A DNA stretch of 64,000 nucleotides, taken from the IMG/VR virus record IMGVR_UViG_3300047157_000174, positions 1-64,000 of that record. The stretch is one strand, 5' to 3'. The translations under genes were made by a program, and so were the position numbers. Source of the DNA: a virus. Under the pieces are notes generated by a model, which saw only the letters and a program-made list of their open reading frames with translations, had not been told where the DNA came from and did no database searches. This document shows positions 47,448 through 56,419 of this stretch, in pieces (the first letter of the stretch is position 1; every line of letters starts with the position of its first letter).

Positions 47448-50400
47448 TCATACCCTTCCTTCTTCTCTCGAATATCTGTTTCTTGCAGGTAATATTATAT
47501 CAGTAATTGCGTCTCTTTCCGGTTGACTTAATCTTTCGGGAACATAATCTATTACCTCAATCATTTTATTGTTCACTTCCCTTTTCCTTCCGGTAGGTTT
47601 TGCAACTTTTTTAGGAGGTCTTCTATCAGAACTCCTAAACTTATTAGTTTGACCTGCGGGTTCAAAATCTATTTTATCCATAGAATCAAAAGTAGATTTA
47701 TTTTCCTTCAAAATGGGTATAAAAGAAACATCCTCCAAAACTTCAGCAAATCCTTTTTGTTCTATTTTTTTATTATATATTTCCTTTAAAAACATTATAC
47801 TATACGCTGCTTTGATACCGTCTATATCATACTGTCCTTCTGTTTTTTTAGGTAAACTTCCACTAAGATTAGATGTAAAATCAGGGTCTAATAAATCAAT
47901 CAATCTAACATTTTTACTATCATCAAAAGTAAACTTTAATAGTGAAAAATCTTGGAAAGCAGCCTTTACATTTTCTCTAACGCTATCACTCATCCAAAAG
48001 AACATCCAATAAAATACATCGTCTTCATATCCGCTTTCTATATCTGCTTTTAATAACATTTTACCAAACTGTTCATAATAATTATTTTCTTTCGCTTTCT
48101 TTCTTCTAGCAAGTTCAGCCTGACTTTCTGCATATTCATCACTTGCTATATTTTTACTAGGTTTGGGTGGCTGTGTCATCTCAAATCTTTTAGCATCTCT
48201 ATCATATCTATCTTGAGCAGTTTCCATATCCATCTGTTGTTCAGGATTTTTAAATTCATCTGTTGAACCATCATCTATATCATCGAGGTCTAATTTTTTA
48301 TTCTTATTATAATTATATTTTATTGTTTCTAATATATTCTTTATATAATCCTCGTTTTGTTTATCTAAAAATTCCTTATTTTTTTCAAAGTATTTTTTAG
48401 CATCTTGACTCAAACCAAACATTATATCTAAAACTTTTTTCCATGTGTTTAAACCAAAAATTTCGTTGTCAAATTCTTTAATTTGTTTTTCATTTAAGGT
48501 CTCAAACCATTTTATAAAAGGCTCATTTCTTACTTTATAATATTCATAATATGCCTCATAATCATCGGGTCTTATTGTATATTCTCCACCGCCACTATAA
48601 ATTTCCTTTCCTCTAAGTTCTTCAGCAGTTCTAGGACTATCTTTGTAACGTGTCGTAACGTATTCGCCTGTTTCGGGGTCTTTCTCTAATTGTAAAACAT
48701 CCTCAAAAGACACAGTTTTTTCTTTGAAGTATTTTTCCGGCATCCCTAAATTTTTAATCTCTTCAATATACATTTCTATTGCTTCTATTAATTTAGGCTC
48801 ATTTAATTTATTAGTGTTAACTAATTCTGTAATGTTAATTCCTTGTTTTTCCTCGATACTTTCTATTTTTCTATCTAAGACAGTCAAATCCCTATTTATT
48901 GCGCTTAATAGTGTTTTAATATTTTGAGACTTTTTACTTCCTGTTCCATAAAAGAACCCCAATACAAAATCATCTAAATCTTCATCGTTAATTTCTTCCT
49001 TTAAAGGAGTTGCTTTACCTTTAGTATATTCAAAGAATTTAGTATTTTCAAATGCACCTTCTAAAGAATCCTTTAAGTTTTGAGTACCTACTAATATTTT
49101 ATCAATTTGATTGATTGCTTTCTTTTTTGCATCAATTTCAGATTGGTTTTCTTTATCTTCATAAGTTTCTAAATATTTTTTCAATCCTTCTACTAATTTA
49201 TCATCCAAAATATTTTTTTTCTCTGTATTAATCCCACCCTTAGCATCTGCACCTTGATGTTCGTTAATATCTTTTTTACTAATAAAATACTTATAATTTA
49301 ATTTCATTTTACCGACTTCTAATTTTCTATTAACAGGAGTTAATCTCAGTAAAATATCACTTCTAATATCTGCTAATCCTTTTATTGGCTTAACTTCGTC
49401 TAACAATATTTTTTGTATTCTTAGTTTTACTTTATCTTCATCTGATAAGTTTTCAACCTCCTTTTTAAGTTCTTTAATGACATCTCGCGTGGAAAGTTTT
49501 TGTTTTTTTGTATTTGACATTATAGAATAAAGTGTATAGCCACCATATTCATTACCGCTTTTTCCCATCCAATCTTGCACATGAGTTATTAATCTGTCAT
49601 CTTTTTTTGCCAACATTTGTTGTGCTACCATTCGGTCTTTTACTTTAACAGGTATTGCGGGCAGTATAATGTTGCCTAGTTCATTAGTACCCAAAACTTC
49701 TCTCATAGTCTCAAATAAAATCTCTCTTTTTTCCTTTTCCGGTATTGCATTTATTGCCGCTTCTAATATATTTTCTTCCTTTCTAATATCAAATATTCTT
49801 TCTATCAATATAAGAGAACCCTTCGGTGTAGATTTACTTTCCACCAATTTACCTACTCTTTCTTCTTGTTTAATAATAGTAATAGTTTCTAATACTGATT
49901 TCAATAACTGTTTAGAAAAATCCATTTTTTCTTCTTCATCCTCTTCAGGATTTTTATACGCTAACAGACCTTCTGAATCTAATTCGACATCATCATCAGT
50001 ATTGCCTTCTTCGTCACCATACTCCCCTTCTACTGTTTCAGAATACTCAGAATCTCCACCTTCTTTTTCTCTGTATATTTCCTTTATTTTGTTTACTATT
50101 TCTTTAATATCATCAACGTCTAATTCTTTTTCTTTAATGTAAGTATTACTATTATCTTGCATTAAACCAATAACATCTTTAATCATATTTTCAGAAAAAT
50201 CTATTTCTTTTAACGCATTAGTAGTATTACTTAGAGATTCCTTTTTACGTTTAATTTCTTCTTCTCTTTCATTTTGATATTTTTTATATTTAGCATCAGA
50301 TTCTCCTTTCTTTTGTTCTCTTTCTGTTCTAACAAAAACTCTTCCTTCAATTATATTATCCAACCAATCATATATTTCACCATTGTTGTTACCAAAATTG

Positions 50401-51428
50401 TTAAACTCTTCAAAAGCCTCTTCAAAATTCTCATCCTCATCTTTACCCGAAGAAGTAAATACAAAACTATCTGTACCTAATGTTCCCATATTTGCTTCTA
50501 TCATCAACTCTTTCATATATTCATATGTATCTACTGTGATAGAAAATTCAGTATCATTTGTAGTTATTTTAATATGTTTCATTAGTTTTTTAGGATTAAA
50601 AATTGGATTAGATTTATCAGCAGCATTGATTATTTTGTTATCCATCCTCGCCCCGATATTCTTTATTCTTTTTGTTTCTTTTCTTAAATCTTTTTTTGTC
50701 ATAGGATTATCAGTTTCCTGAGAATCATCATACTGTTGATTGAGTTTTTCCAATTCTCTTTCTAGATAATCCTTTTTTTCTTCACTCGTTTTATATTCCT
50801 GTCGTTTACCCGTCTTAGTATAATCTTCATCAACTGCTTGGTTAATTTTTTCAGAGTTTAAATCTGCTAGTTTTAAATCCTTCAAACGCTCAGTTATGTT
50901 TACAGTAAGTACAGTTTTACCATTTGGTTTAATTAAAAAATCATTATCCTCCAATGTTTTTAATACCGCAATTATTTCAGATTTCCCTATTATTTTATTA
51001 ACTTCTTTAATACAGTCTTCTAATTCGTTTAGCATTTCATCTGCATTATTAGGATATTCTCCTTCAATATCATCTTCATCTATATTCAAATATTGAGAAT
51101 ATCTTTTCTCACTATCTTTCGCTTTGTTTGTATTGTTTTTGTTTCCTATAAAAGTTTTTGAAATCAAGAAATCTAAAAAGAATCCTTTTACGCCATCAGA
51201 AACTCCTTCAAAACTTTTATCCACAACAATACTATAATTTGCGGGCTTATTTGTTATATTTTTGAGTTCCTTTTCATCAGTTATTGTAACTAATTCACCT
51301 TCCACTCTTTTCTTATAAACAGGTTTTAATGTAGAAGTTAAAGGTTTTATTTTTTTAACTTCTTTTAAAGTTAAATTAAAAGAAACAGGTACGTCATTAA
51401 TTCCAATGTCAGTACTAATTTCTACCAT
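47448..51428 (-). CDS. Large (1326 aa) K/E/D-rich protein of unknown function
   Basis: Long ORF with GGTGG RBS; highly charged and helical. Confidence 0.6.
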   Translation of the reverse strand: MVEISTDIGINDVPVSFNLTLKEVKKIKPLTSTLKPVYKKRVEGELVTITDEKELKNITNKPANYSIVVDKSFEGVSDGVKGFFLDFLISKTFIGNKNNTNKAKDSEKRYSQYLNIDEDDIEGEYPNNADEMLNELEDCIKEVNKIIGKSEIIAVLKTLEDNDFLIKPNGKTVLTVNITERLKDLKLADLNSEKINQAVDEDYTKTGKRQEYKTSEEKKDYLERELEKLNQQYDDSQETDNPMTKKDLRKETKRIKNIGARMDNKIINAADKSNPIFNPKKLMKHIKITTNDTEFSITVDTYEYMKELMIEANMGTLGTDSFVFTSSGKDEDENFEEAFEEFNNFGNNNGEIYDWLDNIIEGRVFVRTEREQKKGESDAKYKKYQNEREEEIKRKKESLSNTTNALKEIDFSENMIKDVIGLMQDNSNTYIKEKELDVDDIKEIVNKIKEIYREKEGGDSEYSETVEGEYGDEEGNTDDDVELDSEGLLAYKNPEEDEEEKMDFSKQLLKSVLETITIIKQEERVGKLVESKSTPKGSLILIERIFDIRKEENILEAAINAIPEKEKREILFETMREVLGTNELGNIILPAIPVKVKDRMVAQQMLAKKDDRLITHVQDWMGKSGNEYGGYTLYSIMSNTKKQKLSTRDVIKELKKEVENLSDEDKVKLRIQKILLDEVKPIKGLADIRSDILLRLTPVNRKLEVGKMKLNYKYFISKKDINEHQGADAKGGINTEKKNILDDKLVEGLKKYLETYEDKENQSEIDAKKKAINQIDKILVGTQNLKDSLEGAFENTKFFEYTKGKATPLKEEINDEDLDDFVLGFFYGTGSKKSQNIKTLLSAINRDLTVLDRKIESIEEKQGINITELVNTNKLNEPKLIEAIEMYIEEIKNLGMPEKYFKEKTVSFEDVLQLEKDPETGEYVTTRYKDSPRTAEELRGKEIYSGGGEYTIRPDDYEAYYEYYKVRNEPFIKWFETLNEKQIKEFDNEIFGLNTWKKVLDIMFGLSQDAKKYFEKNKEFLDKQNEDYIKNILETIKYNYNKNKKLDLDDIDDGSTDEFKNPEQQMDMETAQDRYDRDAKRFEMTQPPKPSKNIASDEYAESQAELARRKKAKENNYYEQFGKMLLKADIESGYEDDVFYWMFFWMSDSVRENVKAAFQDFSLLKFTFDDSKNVRLIDLLDPDFTSNLSGSLPKKTEGQYDIDGIKAAYSIMFLKEIYNKKIEQKGFAEVLEDVSFIPILKENKSTFDSMDKIDFEPAGQTNKFRSSDRRPPKKVAKPTGRKREVNNKMIEVIDYVPERLSQPERDAITDIILPARNRYSREEGRV

Positions 51429-51441
51429 TCATTAAACCACC

Positions 51442-52155
51442 TTAAGCAAGCCATTTGGCCCATGCAACTGCTTTACCCAATCCTTGTGCTAGACCTAGAC
51501 CACTTTGAGGTGGAGTATATGTTGGTTGACCTGTTTGTGGGTCAATCCAATAAGGATTATTCATGTTGTCATAACCACTAGGAGGAATAGGATAACCGCT
51601 ACCGTTGTTCATAGCCATTTGTTGTTGGTTTAGAGTATTGTTAAAATTAGTACTCATGTTTCCTCCTTGTATTTGACTTGGATTTAACCCTTGAGGATTC
51701 ATACCCATTTGAGGATTCATACCCATGTTGGTAGAAGGAGCAGGTGCAGATGGAGAACTAAACCCTTGTGCTTCGAGATACTGTTGTTTAGCCATTCTTC
51801 TTTGCATTACAACTTCACTATTGATAGCAGTAGCCAATAGATTTTGTATATCTAAATCAATATTTTCTTGCGTTATAGCAGTAAATTCATTTAACGCATC
51901 GGGTGTAATAGAAAGGTTTCCACTAGAACTTTGACTAAATTCTAATTTAACTAACATCTGACTAACACTTCTAGTAACTGTATCTTCAATTAGTTTTTCT
52001 AATGCCGTTAAGAATGATTCTCCATGATATTGAAAGAAATCTTCTACATGGTTTTCTTGTAAAGTTAGAAGATTATTCATTGCCTTGAATTGTGTTTGTT
52101 GTTGCGCTCCTATTTGAGTCGCAAGGTTACTATTACTTGTACCAAATAATCCCAT
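51442..52155 (-). CDS. Q/N/P-rich protein with WW-like C-terminal motif and amphipathic termini (GTPase cassette)
   Basis: MGLFGTS start, MGMNPQ repeats, PPSGYD...PYWIDPQTGQPTYTPP, ends LGKAVAWAKWLA. Confidence 0.6.
   Translation of the reverse strand: MGLFGTSNSNLATQIGAQQQTQFKAMNNLLTLQENHVEDFFQYHGESFLTALEKLIEDTVTRSVSQMLVKLEFSQSSSGNLSITPDALNEFTAITQENIDLDIQNLLATAINSEVVMQRRMAKQQYLEAQGFSSPSAPAPSTNMGMNPQMGMNPQGLNPSQIQGGNMSTNFNNTLNQQQMAMNNGSGYPIPPSGYDNMNNPYWIDPQTGQPTYTPPQSGLGLAQGLGKAVAWAKWLA
51691..51726 (-). repeat. Perfect 18-nt tandem duplication encoding MGMNPQ x2
   Basis: ttgaggattcatacccat occurs twice in tandem. Confidence 0.9.
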
Positions 52156-52158
52156 TAA

Positions 52159-52848
52159 TCACTCCCCCCCTGTTTCAACATTGACAACGTTAACGCCTTC
52201 GGTTAATAGAGTTTTGACTCTTTCATTAATATTGTTAGTTTCAATAATTAATCTAAATAATTCTTCTTCTTTATTTTCAACACCGTTGTTTGGAGGTCGG
52301 ATAGTCCAACCCATAGCAGAAAGAGATTGCATATCTGTTTGTTTTAATGTTGTCATTGGGCCTGATGTTACTAAGTTAACAGGATTTAAACTTTTAGCAG
52401 ATGGAATATATGCACTAAAAGAAAGACCATGTTCCTCTGCTAATATTTGCTGTTCTAACATCTCATATTGTCTATGAATTGCAGCGTGTTTTTCACAATA
52501 TGTTCCTCTCATGGGATAGCCTTTTCTTACTTTATGTAAAGGTAGAGGAGGTCTCCTAACATCACCTGATTCCCAAACTTTTTGTGAACCACAAACCACA
52601 CATCTATCTTTTAAATTATATTTGAATCGGTATGGTATTTTCAAAAATTTCTTTTTTTCGGGCATCAAAACTTTGATTATTTCTTTCAATTGTTTTTTGG
52701 GCTTTAGGTTTTTATACTCATATTGTATAATTGAACCTGCTGCTCTTGCGGCAGAAAATCTATCTAAAAATGGGTTAGTTCCCACATGGGCTGACTGTGC
52801 GCCAATAAGGTTTGTTGGGTTGTAGTTCATTGTCATGTGGTAATTCAC
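52159..52848 (-). CDS. Zn-finger/coiled-coil protein (GTPase cassette)
   Basis: CVVC...CEKH and a C-terminal coiled coil. Confidence 0.6.
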   Translation of the reverse strand: MNYHMTMNYNPTNLIGAQSAHVGTNPFLDRFSAARAAGSIIQYEYKNLKPKKQLKEIIKVLMPEKKKFLKIPYRFKYNLKDRCVVCGSQKVWESGDVRRPPLPLHKVRKGYPMRGTYCEKHAAIHRQYEMLEQQILAEEHGLSFSAYIPSAKSLNPVNLVTSGPMTTLKQTDMQSLSAMGWTIRPPNNGVENKEEELFRLIIETNNINERVKTLLTEGVNVVNVETGGE

Positions 52849-52850
52849 CC

Positions 52851-53519
52851 TTAGTAGTCCTTTATCATTGTTAGGATTCCTCTATATACCATCTCTGAAT
52901 CAGATTTGGCACTTACTATATATTTGTAGCATGGTATTCCTTTATCATTTAACTTCTGCATACCATTTCTAAAGGATTCAAATATTGGATGTTTTTCTAT
53001 TGTTTCATAATCATATTTGTCTTTCCACAAATCATGTTTGTTAGCCCAAAGACCAACTGCTACGGGATAATCATGTAACTTTTTCTTTTTTCTTTTTCCG
53101 CCAATATTCCAATAAGGACTACAAATAGTATCTACCAAAAAAGTCCAACATAATTGTTGTTCTATATCATAGTGCTTATCCATATGTCTATCATCTAACA
53201 TAAAAATTATATATTTAACTTTTCGAGTTCTCATATCTTCTACCCACTCTTGCCAAAATACTGTTTCACCTCCGACATCAGCAGTTTTAACAGTATGAGC
53301 ATCACCGTCTAATTTTACATATTTTCTTGAGGCTCTATGTAGCCCTACGGTTCTATCTGTAATAGAAGGAACTTCACCTCTAGTTCTTAATTGATGATGT
53401 AATGTAGTTTTACCTGCTTTACTTGCTCCATATACCCCAAATGGTATAGAATGTAATCTTTGGTAAACTTTATTCATACCTTCTACTAATAGAATAGCGA
53501 AGCCCGCCATTACTGACAT
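52851..53519 (-). CDS. Arf/Ras-like small GTPase
   Basis: G1 GASKAGKTT, G2 RTVG, G3 DVGGE, IIFMLD, G4 ANKHDL, G5 SAK; hydrophobic N-terminal helix. Confidence 0.88.
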   Translation of the reverse strand: MSVMAGFAILLVEGMNKVYQRLHSIPFGVYGASKAGKTTLHHQLRTRGEVPSITDRTVGLHRASRKYVKLDGDAHTVKTADVGGETVFWQEWVEDMRTRKVKYIIFMLDDRHMDKHYDIEQQLCWTFLVDTICSPYWNIGGKRKKKKLHDYPVAVGLWANKHDLWKDKYDYETIEKHPIFESFRNGMQKLNDKGIPCYKYIVSAKSDSEMVYRGILTMIKDY

Positions 53520-53525
53520 TATATA

Positions 53526-53750
53526 TCACCATAAATGATGCCATAAATTAACTATCCCATTCCATGTAGAAGTAAACAAATTATAACCAAACAAAGATAT
53601 TGCATGGCCGACCAAGAAACTAATTCCACAAGCAATACCACTCCAAAGAAAAAATCTTGCTCTTAAAAACCAAATATCAGCAGAATGCGCTCTTTGTAAA
53701 TCATAGGCTAATGTGGATTCATCGAACCCCATTAGGATTTCTCCTACCAT
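53526..53750 (-). CDS. Small membrane protein (GTPase cassette)
   Basis: FFLWSGIACGISFLVGHAISLFG TM segment and a Trp-rich amphipathic tail. Confidence 0.65.
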   Translation of the reverse strand: MVGEILMGFDESTLAYDLQRAHSADIWFLRARFFLWSGIACGISFLVGHAISLFGYNLFTSTWNGIVNLWHHLW

Positions 53751-53758
53751 ATAATCAC

Positions 53759-54184
53759 CTACTCATTGAACCCTGTTAAAAATGTTGGGCTAATTGTATT
53801 CCCTTCAAACTGTTGTGATTGTTGTTGCATTGCAGGTAAATTAGCATCTCCATAGAAAGGTTGACCGAATGATTGATTGAAACTTCTAAGTGATTCTCTA
53901 ACTCTTTTACGATTTTCCTCATCTCTTGCTTTTCTATTCCAATAAGCATCTATTTTTCTTTGTAATAAAAAATCTTCAATAATATCATTTAACATTAAAT
54001 CAAATAATGCCTTCAATAACATAATACCTCCTACTGTACATATTCCAAACAGTACTGCGTGGGATAATCCCGTGTATGGAAAGTCAACTCCATATATAGT
54101 GTAAAAATAAATGTTAGTGCCACTAATAGCACCAACGAAAAGTATAGTCATTACTAATCTTGTATCTGTATCAATACTAGGCAT
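53759..54184 (-). CDS. 2-TM membrane protein with coiled-coil tail (GTPase cassette)
   Basis: Two hydrophobic helices, then a charged helix and a Q-rich tail. Confidence 0.65.
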   Translation of the reverse strand: MPSIDTDTRLVMTILFVGAISGTNIYFYTIYGVDFPYTGLSHAVLFGICTVGGIMLLKALFDLMLNDIIEDFLLQRKIDAYWNRKARDEENRKRVRESLRSFNQSFGQPFYGDANLPAMQQQSQQFEGNTISPTFLTGFNE

Positions 54185-54188
54185 TGTT

Positions 54189-54464
54189 TCAACTCCATGT
54201 GCAAGAGTATGAACCGCCCGAACCTGTTAGAATTGCAGTTATTCCTGTACCCATTGACCTATTGTGCATATCAAATTCTATTGTGCTATTAGCAGTTAGA
54301 ATTAATCTAGCAACCTCATCTGCTGAACCAACAGATGTATTGTTATGGTCGTATATTTTTAATGTAGCAGTTCCGGTAGAACAAAAATGGATGCTTGTTA
54401 ATTTGCACCTGCCATCATTTACTACTGCACTTGCAGTTTTTACAGGACTACCTGCGGAAACCAT
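54189..54464 (-). CDS. Small beta-rich virion (head decoration-like) protein
   Basis: LTSIHF...ATLKIYD...GI pattern; downstream of the capsid gene. Confidence 0.45.
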   Translation of the reverse strand: MVSAGSPVKTASAVVNDGRCKLTSIHFCSTGTATLKIYDHNNTSVGSADEVARLILTANSTIEFDMHNRSMGTGITAILTGSGGSYSCTWS

Positions 54465-54910
54465 TACTTCACTTCCTTTTTAGTAGTAGTCTTTTTTGCA
54501 GGGGTTTTCTTTTTTGCAGGGGTTTTCTTAGCGGCAGGTTTTTTCTCTATTACTTTTTCTTCCTTCGGCAATATAGTTTCAGTTACAGTATCCACAACAT
54601 TTTCTACTGCTGCTTCAACCTTTTTCTTTACAGGAGTTTTTGCTTTCTTAGGATATAATATATCAAGAATATCTCCCTCAACACCTAAGTGCCTACGAAT
54701 TGCTTTTACTCTATTTTCCGGTAAGTTTGCAATATCCTTTTTATCATCTTCTGTAAAGTCTATTTCTATTGATTCATCTCCTAAATACAATGCTGCGATT
54801 CTTGCAGGTACTTCGCAAGGAGCATTTGCATTAATGGAATACAGTGTTTCCCCTGCCCCTCTTATTACTAGTTCGCCATTTCTATGTGTTTTCAATTTTA
54901 CTAAAGCCAT
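54464..54910 (-). CDS. Protein with histone H1-like Lys/Ala/Pro tail
   Basis: KKPAAKKTPAKKKTPAKKTTTKK. Confidence 0.6.
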   Translation of the reverse strand: MALVKLKTHRNGELVIRGAGETLYSINANAPCEVPARIAALYLGDESIEIDFTEDDKKDIANLPENRVKAIRRHLGVEGDILDILYPKKAKTPVKKKVEAAVENVVDTVTETILPKEEKVIEKKPAAKKTPAKKKTPAKKTTTKKEVK

Positions 54911-54933
54911 AATTATCAACCCTTTTTTATAGG

Positions 54934-54975
54934 GTAGTAATCCCTACCCCGATACTTCGGAGTAGAGACTACTAC
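54934..54975 (-). promoter_or_regulatory. 19-bp RNA stem-loop downstream of the capsid gene
   Basis: GTAGTAGTCTCTACTCCGA-AGTA-TCGGGGTAGGGATTACTAC; all three non-Watson-Crick pairs are G.U on the coding strand. Confidence 0.7.
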
Positions 54976-55003
54976 TTTACGTTTTCACTTATTACCAAGT
55001 ACC

Positions 55004-56407
55004 TTAAGCACTCTTTAGGTTTGTAATTTTACCTTGTCCCTTGAAGAAAGAACAGCAAGTTTCTCCCATAGTGCGGTACATTCCTTGATTTCCAAGTTTA
55101 CCAACACCGAATGGGTTTCCACTAGTAATACCATCTTCGAAGTATTGTGTAGGTTTCATTACAGATAGCCATAGGTGGTCGGTATCTAGAACTAATATAT
55201 CACTAATTCTGTTAGATGTGGACTTACCTGTTGACGGCATATCTTTAGCAGGGATGATTGGTATGTCATAGTATGTTGCAACTCTGAAACCAACTTCTTG
55301 ACCCTTGACACCACGAACACCATTATGGGAAGGAACGATTTCTTTCCTATCCATAAATCTCTCTTGTGATTGTAGTAAATCGGAGATTTTCTGAATGGTA
55401 TCGTATCCTGTAATGATAACTTTAGGGTTTCCACCGTTAGTACGGATTCTTCTAATCATATCATTAAGAATACTTAGTGTTAGAACTCTACATTCACCTG
55501 ATGTATAACCTGCACCGAAATCAACTTCTGCATCTAGGAAAGATGGAACACCTGTGTAGGTATATGCTCCACTTCCTCCTGATGTGTTAACAGTAACAGT
55601 TCTAGTTGAACCAAAGATAGTAGTAGCATCAGCAAGTTGTGCTGCTGTACCGTTATTTGTTTGGTTGTGGTAGAATACGTCATCATCGGCCATAGTTGCA
55701 ATTTCAACAGCAGAAGAAACTATCTTCATCAAAGAAGTGTAGTTCTTCTCAATACCAGTAGTACCGTTCTCTGAGTATTTCTCAAGAGGCATAACTAACA
55801 TTTTGCTCTGAACCTCTGCGTGTAATTTACCCATGTCTTCTCTTACAATAGCACGAATATCACCAACACCATCATCTATTGCAGCCATTTCCATTCCTAG
55901 TTCTGAGAACTCGAATAGATGTGCAATAGTCTTAGGGCTAACATATAGTTTAGTATATTCAGGAGCAATTGCTCTGAAACCATCTGCACCACCTAATGTT
56001 GCGTTTTCTCCAACACCACCAATTTGGTCTGCTCTAGGAGTTGCTGCATCTGCTGATGAAATACTAGCGGTAACTGCATTAGTACCTGTACCGAATGCTG
56101 CGTCACTACCACCAATAGGTCGTGATTTCAGAACTCTCCATCCACTAGATGTGTATGGTCTCTTAGCAAGCATTGCTAGAGGGTTTACTTCTTGGTTTAA
56201 TACAGACCAAACTTTCTGTCCATATAGTAGGTTGTACAAATCACCTAGACCTGCTGCACCCGTAAATGCATTAGCACTAGTATCGTGAGGAGTACCGAAA
56301 CCACCTACAACTCCACCTGCTTTAAGCAAGGCATTGCCGCTTCCTGTTCCGCCATATCCGTATGTTGCTGCTTCTAAATCTTTCATTGTTTTAATATATC
56401 CACTCAT
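55004..56407 (-). CDS. Major capsid protein (HK97 fold)
   Basis: Follows the prohead protease; YGQKVWSVLN, SGWRV, GGNPKVIIT, ATYYDIPIIP, and C-terminal QGKITNLK. Confidence 0.85.
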   Translation of the reverse strand: MSGYIKTMKDLEAATYGYGGTGSGNALLKAGGVVGGFGTPHDTSANAFTGAAGLGDLYNLLYGQKVWSVLNQEVNPLAMLAKRPYTSSGWRVLKSRPIGGSDAAFGTGTNAVTASISSADAATPRADQIGGVGENATLGGADGFRAIAPEYTKLYVSPKTIAHLFEFSELGMEMAAIDDGVGDIRAIVREDMGKLHAEVQSKMLVMPLEKYSENGTTGIEKNYTSLMKIVSSAVEIATMADDDVFYHNQTNNGTAAQLADATTIFGSTRTVTVNTSGGSGAYTYTGVPSFLDAEVDFGAGYTSGECRVLTLSILNDMIRRIRTNGGNPKVIITGYDTIQKISDLLQSQERFMDRKEIVPSHNGVRGVKGQEVGFRVATYYDIPIIPAKDMPSTGKSTSNRISDILVLDTDHLWLSVMKPTQYFEDGITSGNPFGVGKLGNQGMYRTMGETCCSFFKGQGKITNLKSA

Positions 56408-56419
56408 AATTTCACTTCC

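Noticed and set aside
52135-52155. MGLFGT as an N-myristoylation signal
   Set aside because: It fits the consensus, but no N-myristoyltransferase is known in the inferred host or seen here.
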